Positions 1 to 9,514 are shown, numbered from the stretch's first letter. The stretch is 49,849 nucleotides of DNA from Candidatus Pelagibacterales bacterium (GCA_004213155.1 SHAN01000001.1:1-49849); one strand, 5' to 3'. Numbers and translations: made by a program. Notes: generated by a model from the letters alone, not told the origin.

Positions 1-2
1 AA

Positions 3-326
3 TTTGAAAATGAATATAATCCTGTACATTATCACTCAAGTCATATTTCTGGTGTTGGATACCTTAAAGTTCCAGAAAATTTAGGAGAAACTTCGCAAAA
101 GAGTAAATTACAAAATCCTAACGGTAAATTAGAATTTATACATGGAACTAAAATGTTTTTATCAGAAAGTAATGTAAAAATTACTCCAAAAGTTGGAGAT
201 TTTTATTTATTTCCACATTACATGATGCACAATGTTTACCCCTTTAAAGGTAAAGGAGAGAGAAGATCTATGTCATTTAATGTTTCAATTGATGAAAATA
301 TTTTTGATGTTTTTTCAGGAAAATAA
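3..326 (+). CDS. 2OG-Fe(II) oxygenase-like protein, C-terminal part (5-prime end outside window)
   Basis: Frame 3 is open from the window edge to TAA at 324-326. My translation reads ..NPVHYHSSHISGVGYLKVP..GDFYLFPHYMMHNVYPFKGKGERRSMSFN.. This resembles the small TIGR02466/PF13759-type 2OG-Fe(II) oxygenases. It is absent from the ORF track because no long start-to-stop ORF exists here. Confidence 0.45.
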   Translation, partial: FENEYNPVHYHSSHISGVGYLKVPENLGETSQKSKLQNPNGKLEFIHGTKMFLSESNVKITPKVGDFYLFPHYMMHNVYPFKGKGERRSMSFNVSIDENIFDVFSGK

Positions 327-436
327 AATTATTTTTTTTTTCTTTTGAAACTTCCTTTGCCTTTTTTAGGTTTTAAAACTTTTTTTTTAAATTTTGAAGT
401 AAATAAATCTTTCGCTATGAAATTTCTTCTTTTCAT

Positions 437-1060
437 TTAAATATAGTATCCATTTTTATTAATTTTAATAAAATTATTATCATTAAAAGTATCAAAAAAT
501 TTTTTCCTTAACCTATGTACATGAGTTTCCACGGTATGAGTTTCTAAATTGGGAGAATATCCCCAAACTGAATGTAAAATACTATCAACATTTTGTGGAG
601 AATTTTTCTTTTTTAAAAATAAAATAAAATCTATTTCTTTTTCAGTTAATTTTAAAATTAGATTATTTTTACAAATTTCCTTACTATTAAGATTTATATC
701 ATAATCCAATATAGTATTATGAGAATTGTTTAAAAATTTACTTTTTAAAAAAGTTATATTAATTTTTTCAACAAAATCTTTTAATTTGAAAGGACATTTA
801 ATTGAATTTATAGAATTTTGTTCATTTCTTTTAATACTAAAATCTAAATATAAAATTGGAATACTTAAATTTTTTTTTGAAAAAAATCCATAATTTTTTA
901 TATCAGTAATTATAATATCATTTTTTTTTGAATCTAAATTATTATTAAAATCTGCTAAATTATCATATGAATTAATTTTGAAATTTAAATTATTAATACT
1001 TTCATTTAATACCTCATTTAAAATATTTTGTTCTATTAAATTAATTGTGATATTTTGCAT
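437..1060 (-). CDS. OmpR/PhoB-type winged-helix transcriptional regulator with degenerate receiver domain
   Basis: The C-terminus VWGYSPNLETHTVETHVHRLRKKF is the trans_reg_C signature. The N-terminus has receiver-like spacing (DIIITD, KCPF), but the acidic DD pocket is replaced (LIEQN). Confidence 0.6.
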   Translation of the reverse strand: MQNITINLIEQNILNEVLNESINNLNFKINSYDNLADFNNNLDSKKNDIIITDIKNYGFFSKKNLSIPILYLDFSIKRNEQNSINSIKCPFKLKDFVEKINITFLKSKFLNNSHNTILDYDINLNSKEICKNNLILKLTEKEIDFILFLKKKNSPQNVDSILHSVWGYSPNLETHTVETHVHRLRKKFFDTFNDNNFIKINKNGYYI

Positions 1061-1076
1061 TCATAAACTATACACT

Positions 1077-1565
1077 ATGTTGATAAAAATTAAAAAAAAA
1101 ACACTTTTAAGATTTAAATATTATAAGTTTAAATGTGTGTTGGGTAAAAACGGTATTAAAAAAAATAAAATTGAAGGCGATATGGCAACTCCTTCAGGAA
1201 CCTATAAACTAGGTAAACTATATTATAGAGCAGATAGAATTAAAAATATCAAAACTAAATTAGATAAAATTATAATAAAAAAAAATATGGGCTGGAGTAA
1301 TTCGGTTACAGATAAAAAATATAATAAAGAAATAAATATTATTAAAAAAAAAGGATTTGAAAAACTATATAGAAAAGATCACAAATATGACGCGTTCATA
1401 GTAATTAAATATAATTTACCCAAACCAGTGCCAGGTAAAGGTAGTGCAATATTTATCCATCTTACTAGAAATTATAAGCCAACAGCTGGATGTATAGCTT
1501 TGAATATAAAAAATTTTTTAATACTTGCAAAATTTTGTAATAAAAAAACTAGTATCAAAATTTAA
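1077..1565 (+). CDS. L,D-transpeptidase catalytic-domain (YkuD-like) family protein
   Basis: It carries GSAIFIHLTRNYKPTAGCIAL (the His...Gly-Cys YkuD active-site motif) and EGDMATPSGTYKL near the N-terminus. I chose the ATG at 1077, because the track start at 978 would overlap the divergent regulator by 83 nt. Confidence 0.65.
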   Translation: MLIKIKKKTLLRFKYYKFKCVLGKNGIKKNKIEGDMATPSGTYKLGKLYYRADRIKNIKTKLDKIIIKKNMGWSNSVTDKKYNKEINIIKKKGFEKLYRKDHKYDAFIVIKYNLPKPVPGKGSAIFIHLTRNYKPTAGCIALNIKNFLILAKFCNKKTSIKI

Positions 1566-1568
1566 TAC

Positions 1569-2234
1569 TTAGCTTCTTTCTCCAAAAACTTTAGTTCCTA
1601 TTCTTAAAAAAGTAGCTTCATTTTGAATTGCTTTTAAATAATCACTAGTCATTCCCATACTAAGGTGTGGAATATTTATTTTTTTTTTGAGTTCTTTCAT
1701 TTTTAAAAAAAATTCTACCGGGTCTTTATTTATTGGGGGTAAACACATAAGACCAATTATATTTAGAGACATTTCTTCTTTACATCTTTTATAAAATTGC
1801 TCTGTCTCAGAGATATTAATTCCATTTTTTTGAGGTTCATCACCAATATTTACTTGAATAAATAATTTTATTTTTTTTTTTAAATCATTCTCTTGCTTTG
1901 CAATAGTTTCTGCTAATTTATACGAGTCAACTGAATGAATATAATCAAATACTTTAAGGGCATTTTTAACTTTGTTACTTTGTAATTTACCAATCAAATG
2001 TAGTTTAATATGAGGATTCTTGTCTTTTACTTCTTTCCACTTTTTTTCTGCTTCTTGGACTTTATTTTCACCAAAATGGATATGGCCCTGGTCTATAACG
2101 GGACGAATATGTTCAATCGGAAATGTTTTACTTACAGCAATAATTTCAGGATAAATTGATTTATTATTTGTCCTATCGAATTCTTTTTTGATTTCAGATT
2201 GAATAGTTAATAAATTCTTATAAGAATCATGCAT
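1569..2234 (-). CDS. yggS: YggS-family pyridoxal-phosphate homeostasis protein
   Basis: IIAVSKTFP contains the PLP lysine, and the protein is about 220 aa with an alanine-racemase N-terminal-like fold. The longest ORF starts at 2258. The Met at 2234 gives the N-terminal length typical of the family and avoids a 30-nt head-to-head overlap. Confidence 0.75.
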   Translation of the reverse strand: MHDSYKNLLTIQSEIKKEFDRTNNKSIYPEIIAVSKTFPIEHIRPVIDQGHIHFGENKVQEAEKKWKEVKDKNPHIKLHLIGKLQSNKVKNALKVFDYIHSVDSYKLAETIAKQENDLKKKIKLFIQVNIGDEPQKNGINISETEQFYKRCKEEMSLNIIGLMCLPPINKDPVEFFLKMKELKKKINIPHLSMGMTSDYLKAIQNEATFLRIGTKVFGERS

Positions 2235-2807
2235 ATGAAAATTCCACAATTTTTTCAATTTATAGATAGTTTTGATGCTAATCTTATCAAAAACAAAATT
2301 AAAAATCTTGGAATAATTTATAGAAACTACGAAAAAAGTATAAATATTGAAGAAATTACTAAATTTAAAAAATTTTGTAAAAAAAAAAGAATAAAATTCT
2401 ATATATCCAACAATATTAACTTAGCTTTAAAATTAAAAATCGATGGTGTTTATATACCTGCTTTTAATAAAACTAGCATAATTAATAAGGAAAAATTAAT
2501 AAAAAATTTTGTTATTCTGGGCTCTGCACATAATAAAATAGAAATTAATAAAAAAATTAAACAAGGCTGTGAAATTATATTTTTAGCACCCTTATTTCAG
2601 ACCAATAAATCTAAAAAATTTTTAGATATATGTAAATTTAACTTACTTACTTTAAATAAAAAAATTAGATTTGTAGCTTTGGGGGGAATTAATTTTAATA
2701 ATATTCAAAAAATTAAACTATTAAATGTAGTGAGTGTTTCTGGAATAAAAATTTTCCAAAAAAAAACCGGCCCTTTTACAGGCCGGTTTTTTAAATTTTC
2801 TAACTGA
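2235..2807 (+). CDS. thiamine-phosphate synthase (ThiE/TenI)-like protein
   Basis: It shows the TIM-barrel ThiE-like pattern (IDGVYIP, GSAH, FLAPLFQT, VALGGI). The start is ambiguous between the ATG at 2229 and the ATG at 2235. Confidence 0.5.
   Translation: MKIPQFFQFIDSFDANLIKNKIKNLGIIYRNYEKSINIEEITKFKKFCKKKRIKFYISNNINLALKLKIDGVYIPAFNKTSIINKEKLIKNFVILGSAHNKIEINKKIKQGCEIIFLAPLFQTNKSKKFLDICKFNLLTLNKKIRFVALGGINFNNIQKIKLLNVVSVSGIKIFQKKTGPFTGRFFKFSN
2758..2792. terminator. bidirectional intrinsic terminator (A9-CCGGCC-loop-GGCCGG-T6)
   Basis: A perfect 6-bp GC stem (2767-2772 / 2781-2786) is flanked by an A-run and a T-run. It lies 21 nt downstream of the porin stop and inside the last codons of the convergent ThiE-like ORF. 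Confidence 0.75.
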
Positions 2808-2812
2808 TTTAA

Positions 2813-3790
2813 TTAGAATGCTACAGAAATTGATAATTCAGTGTTTTGATCTGAAGAACCAGTTGTACCACCCATATCATCAACATCGTTCATAGTACCT
2901 TTAATAGCTAAAGATCCCATAGTGTACGAAGCTGAAATACCAGTAAATGTAGAAGTTACATTGTTAGCACCAATTTTTTCATATTCATCTTCTAAGATTT
3001 GGTATGAAAGAGCTAGGCTATCGTTAACTGCAAAAGAAATACCAAGTATTCTATTGTTGTGTTCAGTTTGACCAGTTTCTTCAACATTACCAACTTGGAA
3101 ACCAACAGTTACTGGACCAGATGCATAGTTAGCCCACATAGTGTCTGAATCTTGACCAACACCATTTGTAGTCTTATCTATTTCACCAATCGCATAACCA
3201 ACAGTTAAACCGTCAACTAAATCAGATGATGATAACACCATGCTCCACGCTGAACCTTTACCTGTATCTCCACCAGTACCTGAATCGTTTATCGCTCCAG
3301 TTCCTGATCTTGGGTTATATTGAGAACTAAACTTAATTCCTGCTATAGTGTTGTTGTATGAAAGAACACCAGATGAACCGTGATCATCACCAACTTGTAC
3401 AGCACCAGTATCTAAACCGTGGTCTGCTTCTTCGTAAGCAGTTGGAACCTTGTTGTCTGCTGAGTTAATACCTGAACCATTAGCGCCTGTTTCGTAAGCT
3501 ACAGTTCCCATAGAGCCCATGCCGATTGACATAGCTGAACTTGAAATTCCAGACATGCTATCGTTCATAGATGAAAAGAAGCCCATAGTCATTCCGTTGT
3601 CTAAATCTCCTGATCCAGAAAACGTAATTAGTCTTCCCATTCCCCATGGAGTACCAGTTACTTCGCTACTATCCAAGTGAGTATAAGTTACTTCAGCACC
3701 ACCAGACACTGCTAATTCACCAGCTTGTACAGCTGAGAAAGCAAGTGAACCAGCTAAAGCTGATAAACCTATTTTTTTTAATTTATTCAT
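2813..3790 (-). CDS. outer-membrane porin (beta-barrel)
   Basis: A signal peptide MNKLKKIGLSALAGSLAFSAVQA is present. The protein has alternating amphipathic strands, is rich in G/S/T/D, and ends in a C-terminal Phe (SISVAF). A strong AAGGAG Shine-Dalgarno sits upstream, and the gene is visibly GC-richer than its neighbours. Confidence 0.7.
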   Translation of the reverse strand: MNKLKKIGLSALAGSLAFSAVQAGELAVSGGAEVTYTHLDSSEVTGTPWGMGRLITFSGSGDLDNGMTMGFFSSMNDSMSGISSSAMSIGMGSMGTVAYETGANGSGINSADNKVPTAYEEADHGLDTGAVQVGDDHGSSGVLSYNNTIAGIKFSSQYNPRSGTGAINDSGTGGDTGKGSAWSMVLSSSDLVDGLTVGYAIGEIDKTTNGVGQDSDTMWANYASGPVTVGFQVGNVEETGQTEHNNRILGISFAVNDSLALSYQILEDEYEKIGANNVTSTFTGISASYTMGSLAIKGTMNDVDDMGGTTGSSDQNTELSISVAF

Positions 3791-4015
3791 ATTACTCCTT
3801 TGTTTAATAATAATTATTATTATGAATAGTGGATAAATATCATTTTAAGCCCATTTCAGGTTTATTTTTTATCAGATTCATTTATTTATTTCCTGTGTGT
3901 GATATTTATACAACATTATATAAATCAACAAATTTAGGCAGTTTTTGGTATATTTCGATGAAATATCAGTTAAATGTAGTAAAACTTATAATAATTCAAT
4001 AAATCAAGAATAATT

Positions 4016-4621
4016 ATGAACCAAAAAAAACATATATTTGCATTTATAGCTATTATATCACTTCTTCTTTCAACTTACTCTTGCGGAATTTATAAAAAGA
4101 CAGACGCTCGTGAAGTAAGTCCAGACCCAGCAGTTCGAGTTCAAAAAAACATTTCAGAAGGTAGAGGTATTAAATTTGGTCTTGGAGGTAAAAAAAATAG
4201 TGGAGGTAATTTTGATTTTGCTTCATCAAATGAACTATGGAGAGCTGCTTTGGAAATTTTAGATTTTCTACCTTTGGATAATCTTGATTATGCTGGTGGA
4301 ATTATAATTACTGATTGGTATAGCGAAGGTATGGATAACAATGAGTCTATCAAAATTACAGTTAAATTTTTATCAAATGAGATAAGGGCAGACGGTATTG
4401 ATGTAACGGTTCATAAAAGAGCTTGTAATGCTAATCTTTCAAATTGCCAAACAACTAAAATTCAATCTTCATTAGAAGAAGAAATTACAACTGCTATTTT
4501 GAGAAAAGCTGCATTTTTGAAAAAAAATTCTAAAAAGAAAAAAGTAAAAGAACATAAAAAAAAATTCAGTGGCAGCAGTACTAAACCTGTAAAATCAATT
4601 GGTGAAAATAAAGATAATTAA
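4016..4621 (+). CDS. DUF3576-like lipoprotein
   Basis: It has a lipobox LSTYSC. It sits immediately upstream of leuS, as in many alphaproteobacteria. The C-terminal tail is Lys-rich. Confidence 0.5.
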   Translation: MNQKKHIFAFIAIISLLLSTYSCGIYKKTDAREVSPDPAVRVQKNISEGRGIKFGLGGKKNSGGNFDFASSNELWRAALEILDFLPLDNLDYAGGIIITDWYSEGMDNNESIKITVKFLSNEIRADGIDVTVHKRACNANLSNCQTTKIQSSLEEEITTAILRKAAFLKKNSKKKKVKEHKKKFSGSSTKPVKSIGENKDN

Positions 4622-4652
4622 ACTGAAAAAATCTCTAATTTTATTACTTTAA

Positions 4653-7199
4653 ATGGAAAGATACGATTTTAAAACAATTGAGAATAAATGGCAAAAAACG
4701 TGGGCTGAAAAAAAATCTTTTAAAACTTCTTTAGATAAAAATAAAAAAAAATTTTATTGTCTTGAAATGTTTCCATATCCCTCAGGGAAAATTCATATGG
4801 GGCATGTAAGAAACTATACAATTGGCGATGTATTATCTAGATACAAAAAATTAAAAAATTATAATGTTTTACACCCTATGGGTTGGGATTCATTCGGTCT
4901 TCCTGCAGAAAATGCTGCAAAGGAAAATAAGCTTCATCCTAAAAAATGGACTAATAAAAATATACAAACTATGAAAAACCAGTTAAAGCAGCTGGGTTTG
5001 TCTATTGATTGGGAACGAGAAATTTCTACATGTGAACCTGAATATTATAAACATCAGCAAAAATTTTTCTTAGAAATGTATAAAAAAGGACTAGTTATAA
5101 AAAAAGAAACATATGTTAATTGGGATCCTATAGATAATACTGTTCTAGCTAATGAACAAGTAATTGATGGAAAAGGTTGGAGATCAGGCGCCATCGTTGA
5201 AAGAAAAAAACTTTCACAATGGTTTTTTAATATAACAAAATTCAGTGATCAATTACTAGATGGTTTAAATAAATTAAACAACTGGCCAGAGAAAGTTAAA
5301 ACAATGCAAAAAAATTGGATTGGAAAGTCCTATGGTTGTGAAATTGATTTTGAAATTAATGGAAATGACAAAATTAGAAAAATTAGTTGTTATACAACTA
5401 GACCGGACACTTTATTTGGTATGTCTTTTTTAGCATTATCAGTTGATCACCCAGTGTCAAAATTATTTGAAGAAGATAGTAAATTTAAAGATTTTAAAAA
5501 TGAATGTTCAAAATCTGGAACAACAGAAGAAGCTCTTGCAAATGCTGAAAAAGTTGGTTTTAAGACAAACTTATTGGCCAAAAACCCTTTTAGTAATAAA
5601 TTAGTTCCTGTTTATTTCGCAAATTTTGTATTAATGGATTATGGATTGGGAGCTATATTTGGCTGTCCAGCACATGACCAAAGAGATTTAGATTTTGCAA
5701 AAAAATATAAATTAGATGTAATGCCAGTAGTTTTACCAAAAGATCAAGATGAAAAAAATTATATTATACATGATGAAGCTTTTACAGGAGATGGAATAAT
5801 AATTAATTCTGATTTTTTAAATGGATTAAAAGCTCCTAAAGAATCAATTAAAAAATCAATCTCTATTTTAGAGAAAAAAAAAATAGGAAAAGAAAAAATT
5901 AACTTTAGACTAAAAGATTGGGGCATATCTAGACAAAGATATTGGGGATGCCCAATTCCAATTATTTATGATGAAAAAGGTAAAGCTTTTCCTGTTCCTG
6001 AAAAAGATTTACCCATTAAACTTCCGGAAGATATAAATCTTGAAGTTAACGGTAATCCAATAGATCAACATCCAAAATGGAAGCACGTTATAATAAATGG
6101 AAAAAAATATACAAGAGAAACTGATACTCTAGATACTTTTGTTGATTCATCATGGTATTTCCTAAGATTTTGTTCTCCAGACAATAAAAATTATGGTTTT
6201 AGTTATGAAGACTTAAAATATTGGATGCCTGTTGATCAATATATTGGTGGTATAGAGCATGCAATTTTACACTTATTATATTCAAGATTTTTTATGCAAG
6301 CAATTTCTTTTGAAAATAACGATTTTAAATATACAGAACCTTTTGACGGACTTTTTACTCAAGGAATGGTTTGTCATGAAACATATAAAGATCAAAATGG
6401 AAAATGGTTAGGTCTTGATCAAATAAATTCTGAAGATGGTAAAAATTATTTTGACAATGTTAATGGTTCAAAAGTTATAGTTGGGCCATCTGAATCAATG
6501 TCGAAATCAAAAAAAAATACAGTTGATCCAGAAAATGTAATTAAAAATTATGGAGCAGACTCTATTAGATGGTTTATATTATCTGATAGTCCACCAAATA
6601 AAGATATACAATGGTCTGATGTGGGGATTGCTACATCTTATAAATTTGTACAAAAATTTTGGAATTTAAATTTTAATATTATAAACAGAAAAGAAACAAA
6701 AAATAATCAAGAAGATGAAAAAGTTGAAAAGTTTACTAATAAGATGATTTTTAATGTAACTAAAAGTCTTGAAAATTTTCAATACAATGTTGTGGTTGCT
6801 AATTTCTACGAAACATATAATTTCTTCTCAAAATTCTTAATCAATAATAATATTAGTAACAAAATAATCATTAAAAATTTTGAGAAAATTTTAATATTAA
6901 TTTCTCCAATACTTCCACATTTAGCAAACGAGTGTATCAATAAGATTAATACAAAAATTAATTTAGATAATTTGATATGGCCAGAAATTGACCTTAGCAA
7001 AATAGAAGAAGATGATTGTAAAATTGTCGTTCAAATTAATGGAAAAAAAAGAGATTTAATCATTTTACCTAAAAATACATCAGAAAATGAAGTTGTAGAT
7101 AAGATAATAAGTGATGAAAAATTAAACAAATATCTACATAATGTCAAAATTAAAAAACAAATTTATATTAAGGATAAATTAATTAACTTTATTATTTGA
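4653..7199 (+). CDS. leuS: leucine--tRNA ligase
   Basis: It has a HIGH-type motif (HMGHVRNY) and a KMSKS-type motif (SMSKSKKN). It is 848 aa and full length. Confidence 0.97.
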   Translation: MERYDFKTIENKWQKTWAEKKSFKTSLDKNKKKFYCLEMFPYPSGKIHMGHVRNYTIGDVLSRYKKLKNYNVLHPMGWDSFGLPAENAAKENKLHPKKWTNKNIQTMKNQLKQLGLSIDWEREISTCEPEYYKHQQKFFLEMYKKGLVIKKETYVNWDPIDNTVLANEQVIDGKGWRSGAIVERKKLSQWFFNITKFSDQLLDGLNKLNNWPEKVKTMQKNWIGKSYGCEIDFEINGNDKIRKISCYTTRPDTLFGMSFLALSVDHPVSKLFEEDSKFKDFKNECSKSGTTEEALANAEKVGFKTNLLAKNPFSNKLVPVYFANFVLMDYGLGAIFGCPAHDQRDLDFAKKYKLDVMPVVLPKDQDEKNYIIHDEAFTGDGIIINSDFLNGLKAPKESIKKSISILEKKKIGKEKINFRLKDWGISRQRYWGCPIPIIYDEKGKAFPVPEKDLPIKLPEDINLEVNGNPIDQHPKWKHVIINGKKYTRETDTLDTFVDSSWYFLRFCSPDNKNYGFSYEDLKYWMPVDQYIGGIEHAILHLLYSRFFMQAISFENNDFKYTEPFDGLFTQGMVCHETYKDQNGKWLGLDQINSEDGKNYFDNVNGSKVIVGPSESMSKSKKNTVDPENVIKNYGADSIRWFILSDSPPNKDIQWSDVGIATSYKFVQKFWNLNFNIINRKETKNNQEDEKVEKFTNKMIFNVTKSLENFQYNVVVANFYETYNFFSKFLINNNISNKIIIKNFEKILILISPILPHLANECINKINTKINLDNLIWPEIDLSKIEEDDCKIVVQINGKKRDLIILPKNTSENEVVDKIISDEKLNKYLHNVKIKKQIYIKDKLINFII

Positions 7200-7201
7200 T
7201 T

Positions 7202-7669
7202 ATGAATATTAAAAAAAAAATAGGTTTGTTCTACATATATATTTTTATTTTACTAAATGCTTGCGGATATCAGCCAATATATTCAAAAAAAGAATTAAAT
7301 TTTAATATCGACTCTATTAGTTTTGTTAGCTTAGATTTACAAGTAAACAAAATTTTAAATCAAAAGTTAAAAAAATATATAAATAGCGATGATAATTCAA
7401 TTTCTTATAATTTAACTATTGATGCAAAAAAATCACTAAATGTTGTTTCAAGAGATAGCAAAGGCCAGGCCCAAACTTATAAAGCTGAGGTAACAGTAAG
7501 TTTAACAGCTAAAAACGATAATCAAGTGATAAAAAAAGATTTTATAATGTCAAATAATTATAATTCAGAATCAAGCGTAACAAGATTAAAAGAGATTGAG
7601 AATAAAATTATTAACAATTTATCATCAATTATTGCTGATCAAATTGTGCTATTTTTAATGAACGAATAA
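7202..7669 (+). CDS. lptE: LPS-assembly lipoprotein LptE
   Basis: It has a lipobox LLNACG and fits the conserved leuS-lptE-holA order. I prefer the ATG at 7202 over the TTG at 7196. Confidence 0.7.
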   Translation: MNIKKKIGLFYIYIFILLNACGYQPIYSKKELNFNIDSISFVSLDLQVNKILNQKLKKYINSDDNSISYNLTIDAKKSLNVVSRDSKGQAQTYKAEVTVSLTAKNDNQVIKKDFIMSNNYNSESSVTRLKEIENKIINNLSSIIADQIVLFLMNE

Positions 7670-7674
7670 AAAAA

Positions 7675-8679
7675 ATGATTTTTAAATCATTTGAAATAAA
7701 TAATAAAAACTTTTCAGAACAAAATATTTTTTTAGTATATGGAGAAAACGAAGGTTTAAAAAAAGATATAATTAATACTATATCTAAAAAAAAGAATATT
7801 GAATTTAAACAATACAAATTCGATGAAGAAGAAGTTAATCAAAAAACAGAGGAAATATATAATTTAATCTATAGCGGATCATTATTTGATAAATTTAAAA
7901 TTATTATAATTAACAAAGCCTCTGATAAAATATATAATTTTATAGAAGATATCATTGATAAAAAACTACAAGATTGTTTAATATTCATAAATTCATCTGT
8001 ACTAGATAAAAAATCAAAAATTAGAAATTTGTTTGAAAAAGAAAAACAAGTTGTTTGTATACCTTGCTATAAGGAAAATGAAATTGGATTAAAAAAAATA
8101 ATTTTTGAAAAATTAAAAGAGCAAAATATTAATATATCACAAGAAAGTATTAATTTATTAATTAATAGAGTTTCTGGAGATAGAAAAAATTTAGAAAATG
8201 AGATAAATAAAATAATTTCTTATTGTCATAATAAAAAAACTATTTCTTTTGATGAGATAAAAATTCTTACAAATCTATCAGATAATTTTGAAAATGAAGA
8301 AATAGTAAATTACTGTCTTAGTGGTGAAAATAAAAAATTAAAAAGAATGCTTGAGGAAAACAATTTCTCAACTGAAGATTTTTTCATATTACTAAGAATA
8401 TTAAATAAAAAAATATTAAGATTAATAAATATCAAAACTTTACAACAATATGAAAAAAATACAGATGCTGTTTTAAATCAAATTAAACCACCTATTTTTT
8501 GGAAAGAAAAAGAGATTGTTAAAAAACAAACTAATTTATGGAATTTAAATAACCTAAATAAAATTATGAAACAGCTTAACGAAATCGAACTTTTATCCAA
8601 AAAAAACAATGAAAAAGGAGTAATTATAGTTCTAGATTTTCTAAGTAATATTTGTTTTCAGTCTAAAAATTCTTTTTAA
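7675..8679 (+). CDS. holA: DNA polymerase III subunit delta
   Basis: It is 334 aa and fits the synteny leuS-lptE-holA. The N-terminus is delta-like (LVYGENEGL). Confidence 0.75.
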   Translation: MIFKSFEINNKNFSEQNIFLVYGENEGLKKDIINTISKKKNIEFKQYKFDEEEVNQKTEEIYNLIYSGSLFDKFKIIIINKASDKIYNFIEDIIDKKLQDCLIFINSSVLDKKSKIRNLFEKEKQVVCIPCYKENEIGLKKIIFEKLKEQNINISQESINLLINRVSGDRKNLENEINKIISYCHNKKTISFDEIKILTNLSDNFENEEIVNYCLSGENKKLKRMLEENNFSTEDFFILLRILNKKILRLINIKTLQQYEKNTDAVLNQIKPPIFWKEKEIVKKQTNLWNLNNLNKIMKQLNEIELLSKKNNEKGVIIVLDFLSNICFQSKNSF

Positions 8680-9514
8680 TTATATCAATAATTTTATCCA
8701 GCTGTTCTAGATCTTTGTATTCAAAATAAATTTTTCCTGAGTTCTTTTTGCTATTAATAATTTTTACATTTAATCCTGTTTTTTCTTCTAATGATTTTTC
8801 CAAGCTATAAATATCAGCATTTTGATTTGAAACTATTTTTAAATTAGACTTACTTTTAAAAACTCTAACTAAATTTTCTGCCTGACGAACTGATAATTTT
8901 TTATCTACAATTTTTTTTGCAAGAAATTGAGCATTTGGTAAGCCAACTAATATTTTAGCATGTCCTAAAGTTAATTTATCATTTTCTAGATATGATTTAA
9001 CTTCAGTTGGTAAATTAAGTAAACGCAAACAATTAGCAATATGACTTCTGCTTTTTCCAATAAATCTAGATATTTTTTCTTGATCATATGAAAATTCATC
9101 TACTAGTCTTTGATATCCATTTGCTTCCTCAATTGGATTTAAATTTGATCTTTGAACATTTTCAACTATAGCAAATTCTAAAGATTTCAAGTTATCTATG
9201 TTAAGAACAGTTACCGGAACTTCATTTAAGCCAGCATTTTGAGCTGCAATCCATCTTCTTTCACCGGCAATAATTTCAAATTTACTTTTATCATTTTCTA
9301 ATGGTCTAACTACTATCGGTTGGATAATTCCTCTTTCTTTAATTGAATTGCTTAGCTCTTCTAAATTTTCTTTATTAAAATTTTTTCTAGGTTGATATTT
9401 ATTTCTTACTAAATCTCCTATTAAAACTTTATTCACTTTATCATTAGTCTTTGTATCTCCAATTAAAGATGATAATCCTCTCCCTAAACCTTTTTTAATT
9501 TTAAACGCATCCAT
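8663..9514 (-). CDS. parB: chromosome partitioning protein ParB
   Basis: It has GLGRGLSSLI and the GERRWIAAQ ParB box, plus a helix-turn-helix region. It lies downstream of parA. Confidence 0.95.
   Translation of the reverse strand: MDAFKIKKGLGRGLSSLIGDTKTNDKVNKVLIGDLVRNKYQPRKNFNKENLEELSNSIKERGIIQPIVVRPLENDKSKFEIIAGERRWIAAQNAGLNEVPVTVLNIDNLKSLEFAIVENVQRSNLNPIEEANGYQRLVDEFSYDQEKISRFIGKSRSHIANCLRLLNLPTEVKSYLENDKLTLGHAKILVGLPNAQFLAKKIVDKKLSVRQAENLVRVFKSKSNLKIVSNQNADIYSLEKSLEEKTGLNVKIINSKKNSGKIYFEYKDLEQLDKIIDIIKKNF

Noticed and set aside
978-1076. The ORF-track start at 978 for the YkuD-like gene. Its hydrophobic N-terminus looks like a signal peptide.
   Set aside because: It would overlap the divergent regulator gene by 83 nt and is simply the antisense of its AT-rich codons. 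The family consensus begins near MLIKIKK.. (the ATG at 1077).
1092-1101. Long A/T homopolymers (8-10 nt) inside many CDSs, for example 1092-1101 and the Lys-runs in coaE. I considered them as phase-variation switches.
   Set aside because: They are ubiquitous and are explained by extreme AT bias and Lys-rich proteins. All the affected ORFs are intact. Only the acs case is reported, because it forms an unusual N-terminal extension.
3828-3836. An 8/9 DnaA-box match (AGTGGATAA, reverse of TTATCCACT) in the porin upstream region.
   Set aside because: It is a single isolated site far from the proposed origin, and it is expected by chance somewhere in 50 kb. It is mentioned only as a possible DnaA-regulated promoter.
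6806-7000. Short ORFs from the six-frame track that lie antisense to or inside well-supported genes. Examples are 6806-7000, 7629-7817, 12090-12311, 14831-15025, 17483-17680, 18573-18770, 20382-20615, 21583-21774, 24073-24279, 24276-24566, 25180-25449 and 27292-27528. Further examples are 27532-27732, 28908-29174, 29391-29807, 32072-32362, 36420-36665, 38188-38418, 38717-38923, 42491-42679, 42821-43087 and 48915-49100.
   Set aside because: Each is fully embedded in a longer ORF with clear family motifs on the other strand or frame. Their translations are low-complexity (I/L/F/S/K-rich), as expected for the antisense of AT-rich coding DNA.
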